A stretch of 64,000 nucleotides of DNA from an uncultured Clostridia bacterium (lineage in GTDB: Bacteria; Bacillota; Clostridia; TANB77; UBA1234). The DNA lies in contig CAKPAA010000005.1 of the NCBI GenBank assembly GCA_934132775.1, positions 11,839 through 75,838 of the forward strand. Direction: 5' to 3'. The translations under genes and the position numbers were made by a program. Positions 1 to 9,539 of this stretch are shown piece after piece. Position 1 is the stretch's first letter. The number at the start of each line of letters is the position of its first letter. The notes under the pieces are model-generated. The model ran no database searches. It saw only the letters and a program-made list of their open reading frames with translations, and was not told the DNA's origin.

Positions 1-258
1 AACTACTTTATATTCTCTATGTTCTAATGTTACATCAAATAAATTTCCTGTTGACTGTATTTGAGATAAAAATGAATTATACATATCCATCGTTAGGGTA
101 CCAGTGTTTCTTACGGCATCTACGAAATCGACAGTGGCAGTGTAAACAGCCATATATGAAAGATCGTCTTGTCTTTCAAACGTATCCATCATCGGAAATA
201 AAAACATTATTAAAACTGCAAGAATTATCGTGAAAACGATACTTAATGAATCTCCCAT
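1..258 (-). CDS. Pilus-locus small membrane protein, N-terminal part only (gene runs off the left edge)
   Basis: Not in the ORF track. I read the reverse frame by hand: it is open from ATG 258..256 to position 1 (86 codons, MGDSLSIVFTIILAVLIMFLFPMMDTFERQDD...). It has an N-terminal hydrophobic helix like the three upstream pilin-like genes, is on the same strand, and starts 20 nt after the stop of 279..794. Confidence 0.45.
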   Translation of the reverse strand, partial: MGDSLSIVFTIILAVLIMFLFPMMDTFERQDDLSYMAVYTATVDFVDAVRNTGTLTMDMYNSFLSQIQSTGNLFDVTLEHREYKVV

Positions 259-278
259 ATTACTTCGTAAACCCCTTT

Positions 279-794
279 CTAATTAACTTTTGTAAAAGTA
301 AGTGACTTTTCATCATATGATACGGTATATTGTGTTGCAGAGCTTCTAAACACCTGAGTTTTTAGAACTTTTATAAGTTTATTTAAGTCATCACTTTGTG
401 CAGTGTTAGCATCTGTATAATACTTTTCCTGAGCCAATCCATTATTGAAAATTAAAATTTCTTCTTCGCCATCATTTCTACGCATTGAAAAAGAATACAC
501 ATTACCACCATCGACAACTTTTATTATATAGTTTTCATTACCTCTTGTTTGGGTTGTCCTTGGAAGTGAAGCAACAGACATTATTATTTCAGCTCTATCG
601 GTTTTTCTCATAATGTCATTTTCATCTCCGTATGCTGATGTAGCTGTACCACGCCTATTATAAGTGTTTATATTTATATATTGGTTAACTCTGTCATTTA
701 CTCGTGAATACGAAAGTATACCACAAGAAAGGGCGAATACAAATAATAGTGTTGCTCCTGCCATTTGTATAAAATCAAAAGAATTATCACTCAT
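279..794 (-). CDS. Minor pilin-like / pseudopilin-like protein of the Tad-like locus
   Basis: 171 aa. A short polar N-terminus is followed by a hydrophobic helix (FIQMAGATLLFVFALSCGIL) that shares the 'MAG' core with the two pilin paralogs upstream. Position is at the distal end of the filament operon. Confidence 0.45.
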   Translation of the reverse strand: MSDNSFDFIQMAGATLLFVFALSCGILSYSRVNDRVNQYININTYNRRGTATSAYGDENDIMRKTDRAEIIMSVASLPRTTQTRGNENYIIKVVDGGNVYSFSMRRNDGEEEILIFNNGLAQEKYYTDANTAQSDDLNKLIKVLKTQVFRSSATQYTVSYDEKSLTFTKVN

Positions 795-947
795 TTGTAT
801 TCATCTCCTCCTTTCATATGAACTGTTTAAAGTAGTCATCTCAACTATATTTGTAAAACTTCAAGTGATATTTAGATATCACTTAATTAAATAATATCAT
901 TAAAGTTTATTTAAAAAACTTCCTAATTCATTTTTTAAAATAGAATC

Positions 948-1355
948 TTAGTTTGATATTGTGACTTTACCAACCTTACCAACTGGATCATAGCTTAAAG
1001 AATATGATACCGTTTTTGTTGTGTAATCCTTTGAATCTGCTGAATAAACAGTTGATCCATTTGAATTACTTGCTGTAATTAAGTTTGAAGAAACTTCTCT
1101 TTCAACATCATCTTCAACAGCTCTGTTTAAGATGTTTACAGCATCTATGCAATTTATTGTTGATACTGTACCAGCACCAGTTCTATATTCTTGATAAAAT
1201 CTATTAAAACTTTGTATTTGCGAGGCCGATAAAATATCGTCTGCAGAACTTGCAAAATTTCTTGCAGAGTTAAATGCATATATCGCTACCGATATAAGCG
1301 CTATAGCAATCATAACTCCTCCAGCCATTACAATAGCTTTTGATGCATTATCCAT
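948..1355 (-). CDS. Putative pilin (paralog 2)
   Basis: 135 aa. N-terminus MDNASKAIVMAGGVMIAIALISVAIY is almost identical to that of 1453..1833. The layout is a small charged leader, a ~20-aa hydrophobic helix, then a soluble domain, as in type IV filament subunits. Confidence 0.5.
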   Translation of the reverse strand: MDNASKAIVMAGGVMIAIALISVAIYAFNSARNFASSADDILSASQIQSFNRFYQEYRTGAGTVSTINCIDAVNILNRAVEDDVEREVSSNLITASNSNGSTVYSADSKDYTTKTVSYSLSYDPVGKVGKVTISN

Positions 1356-1400
1356 AAATTATAACACCTCACACATCTAAAATTTTTGAAAATACTACTG

Positions 1401-1433
1401 TTGTTACTGCTTAGGAAAACTAAGCAGTAACAA
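1401..1433 (-). terminator. Perfect 14-bp hairpin between the two pilin genes (attenuator or partial terminator)
   Basis: ttgttactgcttag (1401-1414) pairs with ctaagcagtaacaa (1420-1433) around a 5-nt loop. It lies just downstream of the first pilin gene. There is no immediately adjacent U-tract, so it is more likely an attenuator or stabiliser than a full terminator. Confidence 0.45.
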
Positions 1434-1452
1434 TGTAAGCGTATATTATAAA

Positions 1453-1833
1453 TTAGTTACCACTTTTATATGGTTCAACTTCAACCTTATCATAATATCC
1501 ATCGCTATTAGAGTCAGTTACAGTTACTGTGTAGTATGCTGTATCTGTGATTGTCATATCATCATCATATGTTATATCTACTGGTAAAGTTTTGTTTATG
1601 TTTGAAATTCTGCATTTTTCAAATAATTGTTTAACTGTTGAACCTCTTACTTTTGTACCAGCATATTGTCCTAATGTTGAGTTTGTCATTTGAGCTGCTG
1701 CATCATCTAATTGTTGGTTTGCTCCTCCAACCATTGTGTTTGTGCTTGAAAAAATGTAAACACCAACACCTACTAGTGCTATTGATATTAAAACAGCACC
1801 TGCCATAATCAATGCTTTTGACGCATTATCCAT
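1453..1833 (-). CDS. Putative major pilin (paralog 1)
   Basis: 126 aa with N-terminus MDNASKALIMAGAVLISIALVGVGVYIF. It is the first pilin-like gene after the platform gene and is followed by a strong hairpin, the usual arrangement for a major subunit. Confidence 0.5.
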   Translation of the reverse strand: MDNASKALIMAGAVLISIALVGVGVYIFSSTNTMVGGANQQLDDAAAQMTNSTLGQYAGTKVRGSTVKQLFEKCRISNINKTLPVDITYDDDMTITDTAYYTVTVTDSNSDGYYDKVEVEPYKSGN

Positions 1834-1898
1834 AAAAAATCATTCCTTTCTTTTATATAGTTAAGTTTGAAAACTTTATATTGGCTGATGTATTTTTA

Positions 1899-4256
1899 TT
1901 ACATCATTGAACCCATTTGAGTGAAGTATACGCCCATATCTGCGATACTTGTCCACATTAGTGGAATAATTAGATAACCAACAAATAAAACTACCATTGG
2001 TGCGAAACCAATAAACTTACCTATTTTAGCTTTTCTGTTGATTAGTCTTTCGTTTGCTTCCTTACGTTTTTCTTGGAAGAAAGCTCTCTCTGTTTCAAGT
2101 TCATCAAATGCATCTGTTATCTTAACATTTTCAACAGCAGACTGTAAACTTTCAACAATTCTTATAAATGGCTTAAAAGTTACTTCGTCTTTTAGTTGTT
2201 CCAATGCTTCATAAGCACCACTTTCATAGTTATTTAAGCAACGTTGAAGTGGCTCTCTAAATATGCTTGAAAATCTTGTTAACCATTCTAGTATGTATTC
2301 AACTGAAACTCTTTCGATATACATAAGCATTAGTATAATTGTTTGGAATTGCATTACTTCATCATCCATTTCCATTTGTCTCATCCTTCTTTGGAAAGTT
2401 AATAACATATTTGGAAATTGGTACGCAATAAGTGCAATCAACATCGCTAACACTAATTCTGTCCATTTAAAATATTCAGAAGTTAGCTCTGAAAGTTTTT
2501 CATAAATTCTTTCAGCATAGCTTATTATTTGCTCATCAGTTAATTCAACACTATATATATCTATAACTGCATTTTTAACATCTGCAAATTCTACTTGTAT
2601 TCTACCATCTTTTTTAGCATTTGCAATGATATCTGATGAAAGCTCTAATACAAAGTTATTTCTAGGCATTTCAATACCTGCTTTTAAAATTGCATTTTGT
2701 ATATCTGCTTCACCAGTTGTTATACTTCTTGACCTTGCAGTTGTTAAATGTTTAAATATCCTATTTGAGTATTCATTTGCAACTTCATCAGAGAGTGGCA
2801 TTACGTTTAGTATCCACATTTGATATTCAATCTTTTGAAGTGCAACTTCTTTTGTATCATTTTTTACTGATTTTACAATTTCATCATTGTCTAATAAATT
2901 TGTAACGAAATATCTGTCAGAGGCTGATAATGATTTAGCAGCTTTAATATCCTTGTCTGAAAGTTTACCCATTACATTTCCTTCAACAGTATCATCATAC
3001 AAAACTGATTCAACTGCCATGCCGTGCATTTGATTTACTATAAATATTACAACGAAAAATGCTATAACTGCACATATTGCTTTATTTACATATAACCATT
3101 CAATTTTTAAAGTTGAGGCTGTATCTTTTAAAAGTTTTGTAACTTTTACATATCTAGGATTATCTGAATTTGGAACAAGTCCATCAATAATCTTCTCAAC
3201 AAATGGTAATCTATACACTTTTTCCTGCCAAGCCATATCTGTCGAAAATGTTATTTGCTTTTCATCATTGTCTTTAATTCTAACAAGTAGTGCATATGAC
3301 AAGAATGTTAAAACTAAGAGAACTATTTCCATCAAGAAACCAGTCTTTCCCTCATAAAAGCTTGATGTTGATGCGAAGGCATTCATCGCCCAATCACGAA
3401 GTGGATGTATGAAAAGCACTGGTGCAACTGCGATATACGTTAAGCTTTTAAACATATAATCTAGTTTATCACGTTTTAAAATTTCAAGTTGTAACTCTTG
3501 CGTGATATTGTTTAAATCTTTCAAATATAGTGAAATTCCACCAATTTTTCTATCACCAAATTCTTTTGTTAAGTAAGATACTCCTGCAAAGATTTTTAGG
3601 AATCTATTTGGTGCAACATCATAATATTTTTCAAGTTCCATTTCTGGTTCTGCCGAAATCAAAATATCATAAATAATATTTGCTTGTGATACAATTTCTT
3701 GCTCTTCCATAAGTGAAGCATCATAAACAGCTTCTTCAACCATACTAGTGCTGTGAAATGCGTGTCTTACTTCTGAGAAAAACTCAAGCTCTTGCACTAG
3801 CAATTTATCTTCTACTTTATTTATCATTTGCTCTGTTAAGTTTTCTATAACTATCAAAACGCCAAGCAATGAAACAAGCATTATAAACAAGTTATCCTTA
3901 TTTATCCAAGCTATAAGAATTGCGGCAAACAAAGCAATTAAAATTGCTCTCAAAGTAATTTTTGCTGAATCTTTTCTTATTGTATATTCATCATTTTGAT
4001 TTACAAGTTCCAGTCTTCTTCTTATTTTTCTTAAATACCTATTTATGATAGGGACACGTTCTATCTTTATATATACTTTTTGATAGAACGCATCCTTACC
4101 TGAAGAAGAAGATGAGGCCTCATTCATCATTTTTTCTAATACGGCACTTTTATTGCCTTTATTCTTTTTCTGTAATGCGTAATATATAACCATCAATATT
4201 GCAAATAAAACAATTGGTATAAACACAAAACATAAAAGTAAAGTTTTTGAATCCAT
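1899..4256 (-). CDS. Large polytopic platform protein, TadB/TadC (T2SS-F)-like
   Basis: About 785 aa from ATG 4256, which follows a GAGAGGGGGA RBS; the track start 4277 is a TTG. It has several TM helices separated by helical cytoplasmic domains. The C-terminal part (...YESGAYEALEQLKDEVTFKPFIRIVESLQSAVE...GFAPMVVLFVGYLIIPLMW) resembles a GspF/TadC repeat. It sits directly downstream of the ATPase. Confidence 0.55.
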   Translation of the reverse strand: MDSKTLLLCFVFIPIVLFAILMVIYYALQKKNKGNKSAVLEKMMNEASSSSSGKDAFYQKVYIKIERVPIINRYLRKIRRRLELVNQNDEYTIRKDSAKITLRAILIALFAAILIAWINKDNLFIMLVSLLGVLIVIENLTEQMINKVEDKLLVQELEFFSEVRHAFHSTSMVEEAVYDASLMEEQEIVSQANIIYDILISAEPEMELEKYYDVAPNRFLKIFAGVSYLTKEFGDRKIGGISLYLKDLNNITQELQLEILKRDKLDYMFKSLTYIAVAPVLFIHPLRDWAMNAFASTSSFYEGKTGFLMEIVLLVLTFLSYALLVRIKDNDEKQITFSTDMAWQEKVYRLPFVEKIIDGLVPNSDNPRYVKVTKLLKDTASTLKIEWLYVNKAICAVIAFFVVIFIVNQMHGMAVESVLYDDTVEGNVMGKLSDKDIKAAKSLSASDRYFVTNLLDNDEIVKSVKNDTKEVALQKIEYQMWILNVMPLSDEVANEYSNRIFKHLTTARSRSITTGEADIQNAILKAGIEMPRNNFVLELSSDIIANAKKDGRIQVEFADVKNAVIDIYSVELTDEQIISYAERIYEKLSELTSEYFKWTELVLAMLIALIAYQFPNMLLTFQRRMRQMEMDDEVMQFQTIILMLMYIERVSVEYILEWLTRFSSIFREPLQRCLNNYESGAYEALEQLKDEVTFKPFIRIVESLQSAVENVKITDAFDELETERAFFQEKRKEANERLINRKAKIGKFIGFAPMVVLFVGYLIIPLMWTSIADMGVYFTQMGSMM

Positions 4257-4295
4257 CGTCTTCCCCCTCTCTTTCAAAGTAAAAACATTTTACGT

Positions 4296-6209
4296 TTATT
4301 CAACAATTCTTCTTGATGAAGATGTTGTTGATGAACCAAAATAGTTAGAACAAAATTCATCAAATAATACTTGGTCTTCCTCAGACATATTTTCTCTCAT
4401 TGCTTCAATATTTTCCTTAGATATTGGATTCTTTATAACATATTGTCCGTCAACAAATTGTACAATATCAACAGCTTTATATGTTTCAGTTTCTGTAATC
4501 TTTTGGAAATATTCGGTAGCATTATCTATGAATTTATCCATTTTACCTTCAAGAGTAGGTTCGTTATGATGATCAAATGTATAATTGTTCTTTTGTTTAA
4601 CTGGTATACATTCTGTTATTCTTTCAATATATCTGTCACCTGAATAAGATTTCTTCAAGTGAACTTCAAAGTTTAATACTCCAACAACCTGTATCTCTGC
4701 AACTTTTTCATTATGGAACATACCAACTTTCAAAAGTGAGTTTCTTAATGAAAGAATTAAGTTATCAAACGTTTTAGCATGGTGAGTAAACATTGTAAAT
4801 TTTGATGCAACCTGTGCCATCTGAATCATCCAAGCAGCAACTCCGTCTGTTGCAACCTCACCAAGGATATTAACAGAACCGTCAGTTTTCTTTTGAACAT
4901 CTAGTCCTTCTTGTCCTGAAACTGTATCTGTTTCTCTGAAAGTCAAGATGTTTCTATCTGGATAAACTTTTCTTAAATGCAACTCGAATGCTGTTTCTTG
5001 AACTCTTATGTTCAATGATGTGTAAATATATTTAATCATAGCCATAAGCATTGTTGTTTTACCACAACCCTGCTCACCTGTAAGGGCTGTAACTCTTGCA
5101 CCTTTTACTAAGAATTTTAATAAATCTATAACTGGTTCTCTTCCTGGGTGTCTTACTAAGTTTTCTAGCACTGCATTTGGTGTATCAAACTTTCTTATGA
5201 AGAATGCCCAAGACTCTGACATACTTGGTCTAACAACAACGACACGGGAACCATCTTTCATTTCATTTATCTTATAACCATTTGTATCAGATAACTGACC
5301 TGGATTATTGTATTTGTATATGTTTTGACATACACGTCTTAGTTCTGCAAAAGAACCAAAAGATAAACAAGATAAATAAATTGATTTACCTTTATAGAAT
5401 ATCCAAACGCTATCATAAGCTCTTGGAATTGTTCTTTCTGTTGTTTGTCTCAAATAGTCACCTAACTGTGCTACTTGATACATAAATGATTCTGGAAGAC
5501 CAGAAACACCACCAGAAATACCATCTATATTCATATCTCTTATTTCATCGATTACACTAAAACCTTTATAATTTTGATATATTCTTTGTGATAAAATATT
5601 CAATCTATCTTCAAAAGATAAGTAGTCATATTCTTTTTCAAATATTTCATCGATTTCTTCTGGAGTTATGATATATTGTGCAACATCTGATCCATAAACT
5701 TTCTTTTGCTCATCTAGATGATACTTTTTAATAAGTTCTCCTAGTGCATTATATCCATATTGTTGTTTGTACATATACAAAAGAATATCAAATTTGTCAT
5801 TTGTTGATAATTTATCAATATTATCAAAATCAATCGCGTTTGTGATGTTTACTTGGTTTACTCCATATTCTCTGTGAAGCAAATCAAATATCAATTCTTT
5901 AACATACTTCTTGTCATTAACATCACCATATGTACAATTCTTCAAAGCTTTTTTCAATTCATACTTTTTATTTTTTCTTCTCTTCAGCTCATCTTCTGAA
6001 AGTCCAATATCATAAAGGTTTGTCCTAGTTATCTCGTCCATTCTGGCTTTAATAAATTCTGTCATTCTTTCTACGCTGTATATTCTCCCCTCTTTTTGCA
6101 CATCTTGAATAACAGAAGAATCAGACTTTGAGAATAAGTAACCAATAAAGACTAAAAGTCCAATTACCAATATTCCTATTAGAAGATAATTAAAAAACAT
6201 TGTGGTCAT
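4296..6209 (-). CDS. CpaF/TadA-family secretion ATPase with N-terminal transmembrane anchor
   Basis: Walker A is 'LTGEQGCGKTTML'. A Walker B/Asp-box-like 'VNILGEVATDG' and a His-box-like 'FTHHAKT' are present. The N-terminus MTTMFFNYLLIGILVIGLLVFIGYLF is a predicted TM helix. At 637 aa it is longer than typical CpaF. Confidence 0.75.
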   Translation of the reverse strand: MTTMFFNYLLIGILVIGLLVFIGYLFSKSDSSVIQDVQKEGRIYSVERMTEFIKARMDEITRTNLYDIGLSEDELKRRKNKKYELKKALKNCTYGDVNDKKYVKELIFDLLHREYGVNQVNITNAIDFDNIDKLSTNDKFDILLYMYKQQYGYNALGELIKKYHLDEQKKVYGSDVAQYIITPEEIDEIFEKEYDYLSFEDRLNILSQRIYQNYKGFSVIDEIRDMNIDGISGGVSGLPESFMYQVAQLGDYLRQTTERTIPRAYDSVWIFYKGKSIYLSCLSFGSFAELRRVCQNIYKYNNPGQLSDTNGYKINEMKDGSRVVVVRPSMSESWAFFIRKFDTPNAVLENLVRHPGREPVIDLLKFLVKGARVTALTGEQGCGKTTMLMAMIKYIYTSLNIRVQETAFELHLRKVYPDRNILTFRETDTVSGQEGLDVQKKTDGSVNILGEVATDGVAAWMIQMAQVASKFTMFTHHAKTFDNLILSLRNSLLKVGMFHNEKVAEIQVVGVLNFEVHLKKSYSGDRYIERITECIPVKQKNNYTFDHHNEPTLEGKMDKFIDNATEYFQKITETETYKAVDIVQFVDGQYVIKNPISKENIEAMRENMSEEDQVLFDEFCSNYFGSSTTSSSRRIVE

Positions 6210-6240
6210 ACCACCTTTCTACCTGGGATATATAACTTCT

Positions 6241-7059
6241 TTATCTCTCTATAATCTTAGGCTTAATAGCTTCAACAATCGCATCTGTTAATGTTGCAAC
6301 TTCTGAAATGAAGAAGCCATTTCTATCAGTTCCCATATCTGCATTTGCGTTTTCAATGAAGAATTTTGCTGCTGTTCCATCATTACTTGAATCAAAGAAT
6401 TGGGTATTGTATGGTAGCGTATAAATTCTCTTCTTATAATTGAACTTTCTAGCAATATTTCTTTCATTGTATTTTGAATATCTGTCATATCTTCCTAAAA
6501 CAGGTATAACAGGTTTCTCTTGCAATATCTTTAACGTTTCCATATCTTTAAACAATTTTTTCAATATTTGCATATCTTGACTCATATGGAAAACAATCAA
6601 ATCAGATTTTTGCAAAATAGGATTAACTTCTGAAGTTCTATTTCCCTTATTCAAATCTACAAGAACAATATCGTATAATTGATTTGCATAATCCATCATA
6701 ATTGGCATTGTTTCAAGTATTCTTGAATATGAATCAGGATCATTTTTAAATGTTCCGTATAATAGTTCTAATCTTCCTTTTATTACTGGTGAAGCATAAT
6801 TAGGAATATTCTCAGGTGTTAACTTATTGCTTCTTAAAAGCCTATCCAAAGCATCAATACCAGTATCAGCAGTATCTAGCCTTGATTTCTTATCTTGATT
6901 AAAGAAAGATGCTTCCAACGATAAATCATTATAATGTGTTTGTGTTACTAATGTCTTATATTTTGTTCTTGCTGGAATCATTGATGCAACTGCTACTGCT
7001 GTTGCGGTTGCCGACAATTGAGCTGATTCCTCAGTGCTCCAAAATGAAACTATTGGCAT
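6241..7059 (-). CDS. Degenerate ParA/MinD-fold protein (CpaE/TadZ-like) 2
   Basis: 272 aa. It has a 'DIVLVDLNKG' Walker-B-like strand but no intact deviant Walker A. Its position between the CpaB-like and CpaF-like genes matches TadZ/CpaE. Confidence 0.4.
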   Translation of the reverse strand: MPIVSFWSTEESAQLSATATAVAVASMIPARTKYKTLVTQTHYNDLSLEASFFNQDKKSRLDTADTGIDALDRLLRSNKLTPENIPNYASPVIKGRLELLYGTFKNDPDSYSRILETMPIMMDYANQLYDIVLVDLNKGNRTSEVNPILQKSDLIVFHMSQDMQILKKLFKDMETLKILQEKPVIPVLGRYDRYSKYNERNIARKFNYKKRIYTLPYNTQFFDSSNDGTAAKFFIENANADMGTDRNGFFISEVATLTDAIVEAIKPKIIER

Positions 7060-7083
7060 AACATTCTCCTCACTTTCTATACT

Positions 7084-7830
7084 CTATGCAAAAAATCTAG
7101 CTGATTTTTCTGCGTTTTTCATAACTTTCTTAATAGTTTGAATTGGCTCTCCTGTGATAATTTCCACAGTTGATGCAAGTGCATCTTTATATGCTCTTGA
7201 TAACATACGAATATCAAACTTCTTTGAATACTGATTCTGAATATTAACAGACAAGTCTCCACCATCATATGGATAATCCAAAGTCTTTTGATTCCAATCT
7301 AATGGTAAATTATCTGTACAATCTTCTATAAATTTTCTATCTGCTGTTGTAAGAAGTTCACTATAAAATGTTAACTTGTATAGTGGAACAATTGCATCAG
7401 GATCAGTTCTTCTCTTTAAAGCTGAAATAAATTTAAGCAAGTCAATACCTTTTTTAATATACATCTTGTCGTATGATGTAACAAAGAATAACACATTTGC
7501 GCTCTTCAAATCATACTCTTCAATCATTTCATCCATATCGGTGTCAATCATAATGTAGTCATATTCATTGAAGTCTTCGCCTTTTGTTAATAAATATTTT
7601 TTTAATTCCAACATATTGCTGAAGCCGACGGCGACATCAACGCCGTCGTGCTGTGTAACATACTGTGCAAGTTCGTCCACTCCATCAATAGTAGGAATTG
7701 TATATCTTGTTTTTTGAGATGATGTAGCATCCAAAAATATAACTTTCTTTCCAGTAGCGGCAATTATTTTAGAGATATAACCAATTAACTCTGTTTTATC
7801 TGATTTTCCAATAAAGCCTATACTTTTCAT
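7084..7830 (-). CDS. Degenerate ParA/MinD-fold protein (CpaE/TadZ-like) 1
   Basis: 248 aa. 'IGFIGKSDKTELIGY' occupies the P-loop position but lacks the glycines. 'YDYIMIDTD' is Walker-B-like. Operon position supports the call. Confidence 0.45.
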   Translation of the reverse strand: MKSIGFIGKSDKTELIGYISKIIAATGKKVIFLDATSSQKTRYTIPTIDGVDELAQYVTQHDGVDVAVGFSNMLELKKYLLTKGEDFNEYDYIMIDTDMDEMIEEYDLKSANVLFFVTSYDKMYIKKGIDLLKFISALKRRTDPDAIVPLYKLTFYSELLTTADRKFIEDCTDNLPLDWNQKTLDYPYDGGDLSVNIQNQYSKKFDIRMLSRAYKDALASTVEIITGEPIQTIKKVMKNAEKSARFFA

Positions 7831-7874
7831 AATGTAACAATCCCCTTTCTATTACCTTTAAATTTTATTATAAA

Positions 7875-9233
7875 CTATTGCGCACTTGAAATAGCAGCTT
7901 CTCTTATCAAAGTTTGTAAATACTCTTTTCTATCAGCTCTTTGTGCTTCGATTTCTTTTGTAAGTTTCTCTGCAACCTTAGCTGTCTTAGATGGATCTTC
8001 AACTTCTAATCCTGTCATATCATCAATTGTCTTTGTTGATGTATCAGTTAAGTTAGCTCTTTGTGCTTCAAGTTTTTCTATATCAGCATACTTAGCTTTA
8101 ATTTCATCCATAAGATTTGGATTTTCAGCAAGCATTTTTGCAACTTCTGGTCTAACTGGGTAGTTAGGTGTTAAAGCCTTGCTATATATTTCTGTTTTAT
8201 TTGTATAGAATTTTAATAATTCTTCGTCTTTCTCAGCCTTTGCAGTTCTAATTGCTCTAGCGTCTTCTTCTGTCATTTGGCAACCAGCTTCTCTAACAAT
8301 TTCAGCTATATCTAATTCATCTTCTGTTGGTACTTTTTCTTCTGATTTTGTTGTTGGCTCTGTATACATTGGATTTCCATTGCTATCAAGTACTGGATCA
8401 CCACTCTCATCAAGTATTGGTTTAACTGAACTATCATCAGTTACATCAACACTTTCTGTGTAAAGCTCTTGTAATTTTTTAACAGCATTATCATATTTTG
8501 CGACATAATCAACATTAACATATTTATATAACTGTTCTGTTGGATTTACATATTTTGTTGCGTAAACATTTATACCATCAGCAATGTATGATTCAATAAC
8601 AGCACTACTTACTCTTACTATCTCTTCTTCGTTCAACTCTAAGAAAATAGAATTAGATTCAGCATTAGCTCCAGTCCCTGTTATTTCTTTACCTGCAACA
8701 ACAAGATAATCTTCACCTGTTGGGAACAATATTCTAATATCAATGAAATCACCTTCAACTAAGTTGCTTGGCAATGAAATCATATTAAATTCTCTTGATC
8801 TTAAATCAACACTTACATTATCTGAATCTTGTAAAAATAAAGAATCAGATATAATTGTCCTTGCACTTGTTGCAGATTTAAGTTTTCTTCCTACGAAACT
8901 CTTATCATAATTATATAAAATATTTCCACTCTTATCTTTTGTTGGATTTCCGTTTCTATCAAGAATCTCCGTAGCTAAATAAGCATCAACTGGTAAAGTT
9001 TCTTTTTTAGCCTCAACCAAAGTCACGTCATTTTCAGACATAATATGATTAACTGGTAAGTCGTCAGCTAATACATATGCCATTTGAGTTTCAGCTTTTA
9101 CTTTTAAATCAGCGATTTCATTCTTCTTTTGCTTAGCATATAAACCAAACATAACTCCTATTACAATAGTTGGGATTAAAAAGGCAATCACGCCTGTAGT
9201 AATCATTTTCTTTTTCATAGGTCCTAACATCAT
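7875..9233 (-). CDS. CpaB/RcpC-like pilus assembly protein (SAF-type domain) with long coiled C-terminal extension
   Basis: One N-terminal TM helix, then 'VLADDLPVNHIMSENDVTLVEAKKETLP' (SAF-like) and 'GDFIDIRILFPTGEDYLVVAGKEI' (RcpC-like). It is the first gene of the operon. Confidence 0.55.
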   Translation of the reverse strand: MMLGPMKKKMITTGVIAFLIPTIVIGVMFGLYAKQKKNEIADLKVKAETQMAYVLADDLPVNHIMSENDVTLVEAKKETLPVDAYLATEILDRNGNPTKDKSGNILYNYDKSFVGRKLKSATSARTIISDSLFLQDSDNVSVDLRSREFNMISLPSNLVEGDFIDIRILFPTGEDYLVVAGKEITGTGANAESNSIFLELNEEEIVRVSSAVIESYIADGINVYATKYVNPTEQLYKYVNVDYVAKYDNAVKKLQELYTESVDVTDDSSVKPILDESGDPVLDSNGNPMYTEPTTKSEEKVPTEDELDIAEIVREAGCQMTEEDARAIRTAKAEKDEELLKFYTNKTEIYSKALTPNYPVRPEVAKMLAENPNLMDEIKAKYADIEKLEAQRANLTDTSTKTIDDMTGLEVEDPSKTAKVAEKLTKEIEAQRADRKEYLQTLIREAAISSAQ

Positions 9234-9395
9234 AATATAATCCTCTCCTCTACATTACAATCTCTTACTTACAGAAAAAAGTTTATCACTACCATATATA
9301 ACATTCAATCGAATAATACTTTTTTAATAAAAATGTAACAAAAATGTAATATTTCTGTAATTTTTTTAATCTTATTTGAAAACTAATTACTAAAA

Positions 9396-9420
9396 ATATT
9401 GTTTTTATGTAAAACAATAT
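9396..9420. promoter_or_regulatory. Perfect 10-bp inverted repeat in the divergent pilus/nifS control region
   Basis: atattgtttt-tatgt-aaaacaatat. It lies about 120 nt upstream of nifS and about 165 nt upstream of the CpaB-like gene. Candidate dimeric-repressor operator. Confidence 0.3.
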
Positions 9421-9539
9421 CAAGTAACAATAAAAAACAAATCGAATATTATGTTATAAAGAGGATGTCTTGTTTAAAAGAATTTCTAAATTTATTACAA
9501 TTTTTGCTTTAATCAAAGCAAGAAAGGAATTGATTATCT

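Noticed and set aside
27-233. 68-aa plus-strand ORF at the left edge
   Set aside because: It is fully overlapped by a minus-strand frame that is open to the window edge, fits the pilin-like gene series, and follows the same operon direction.
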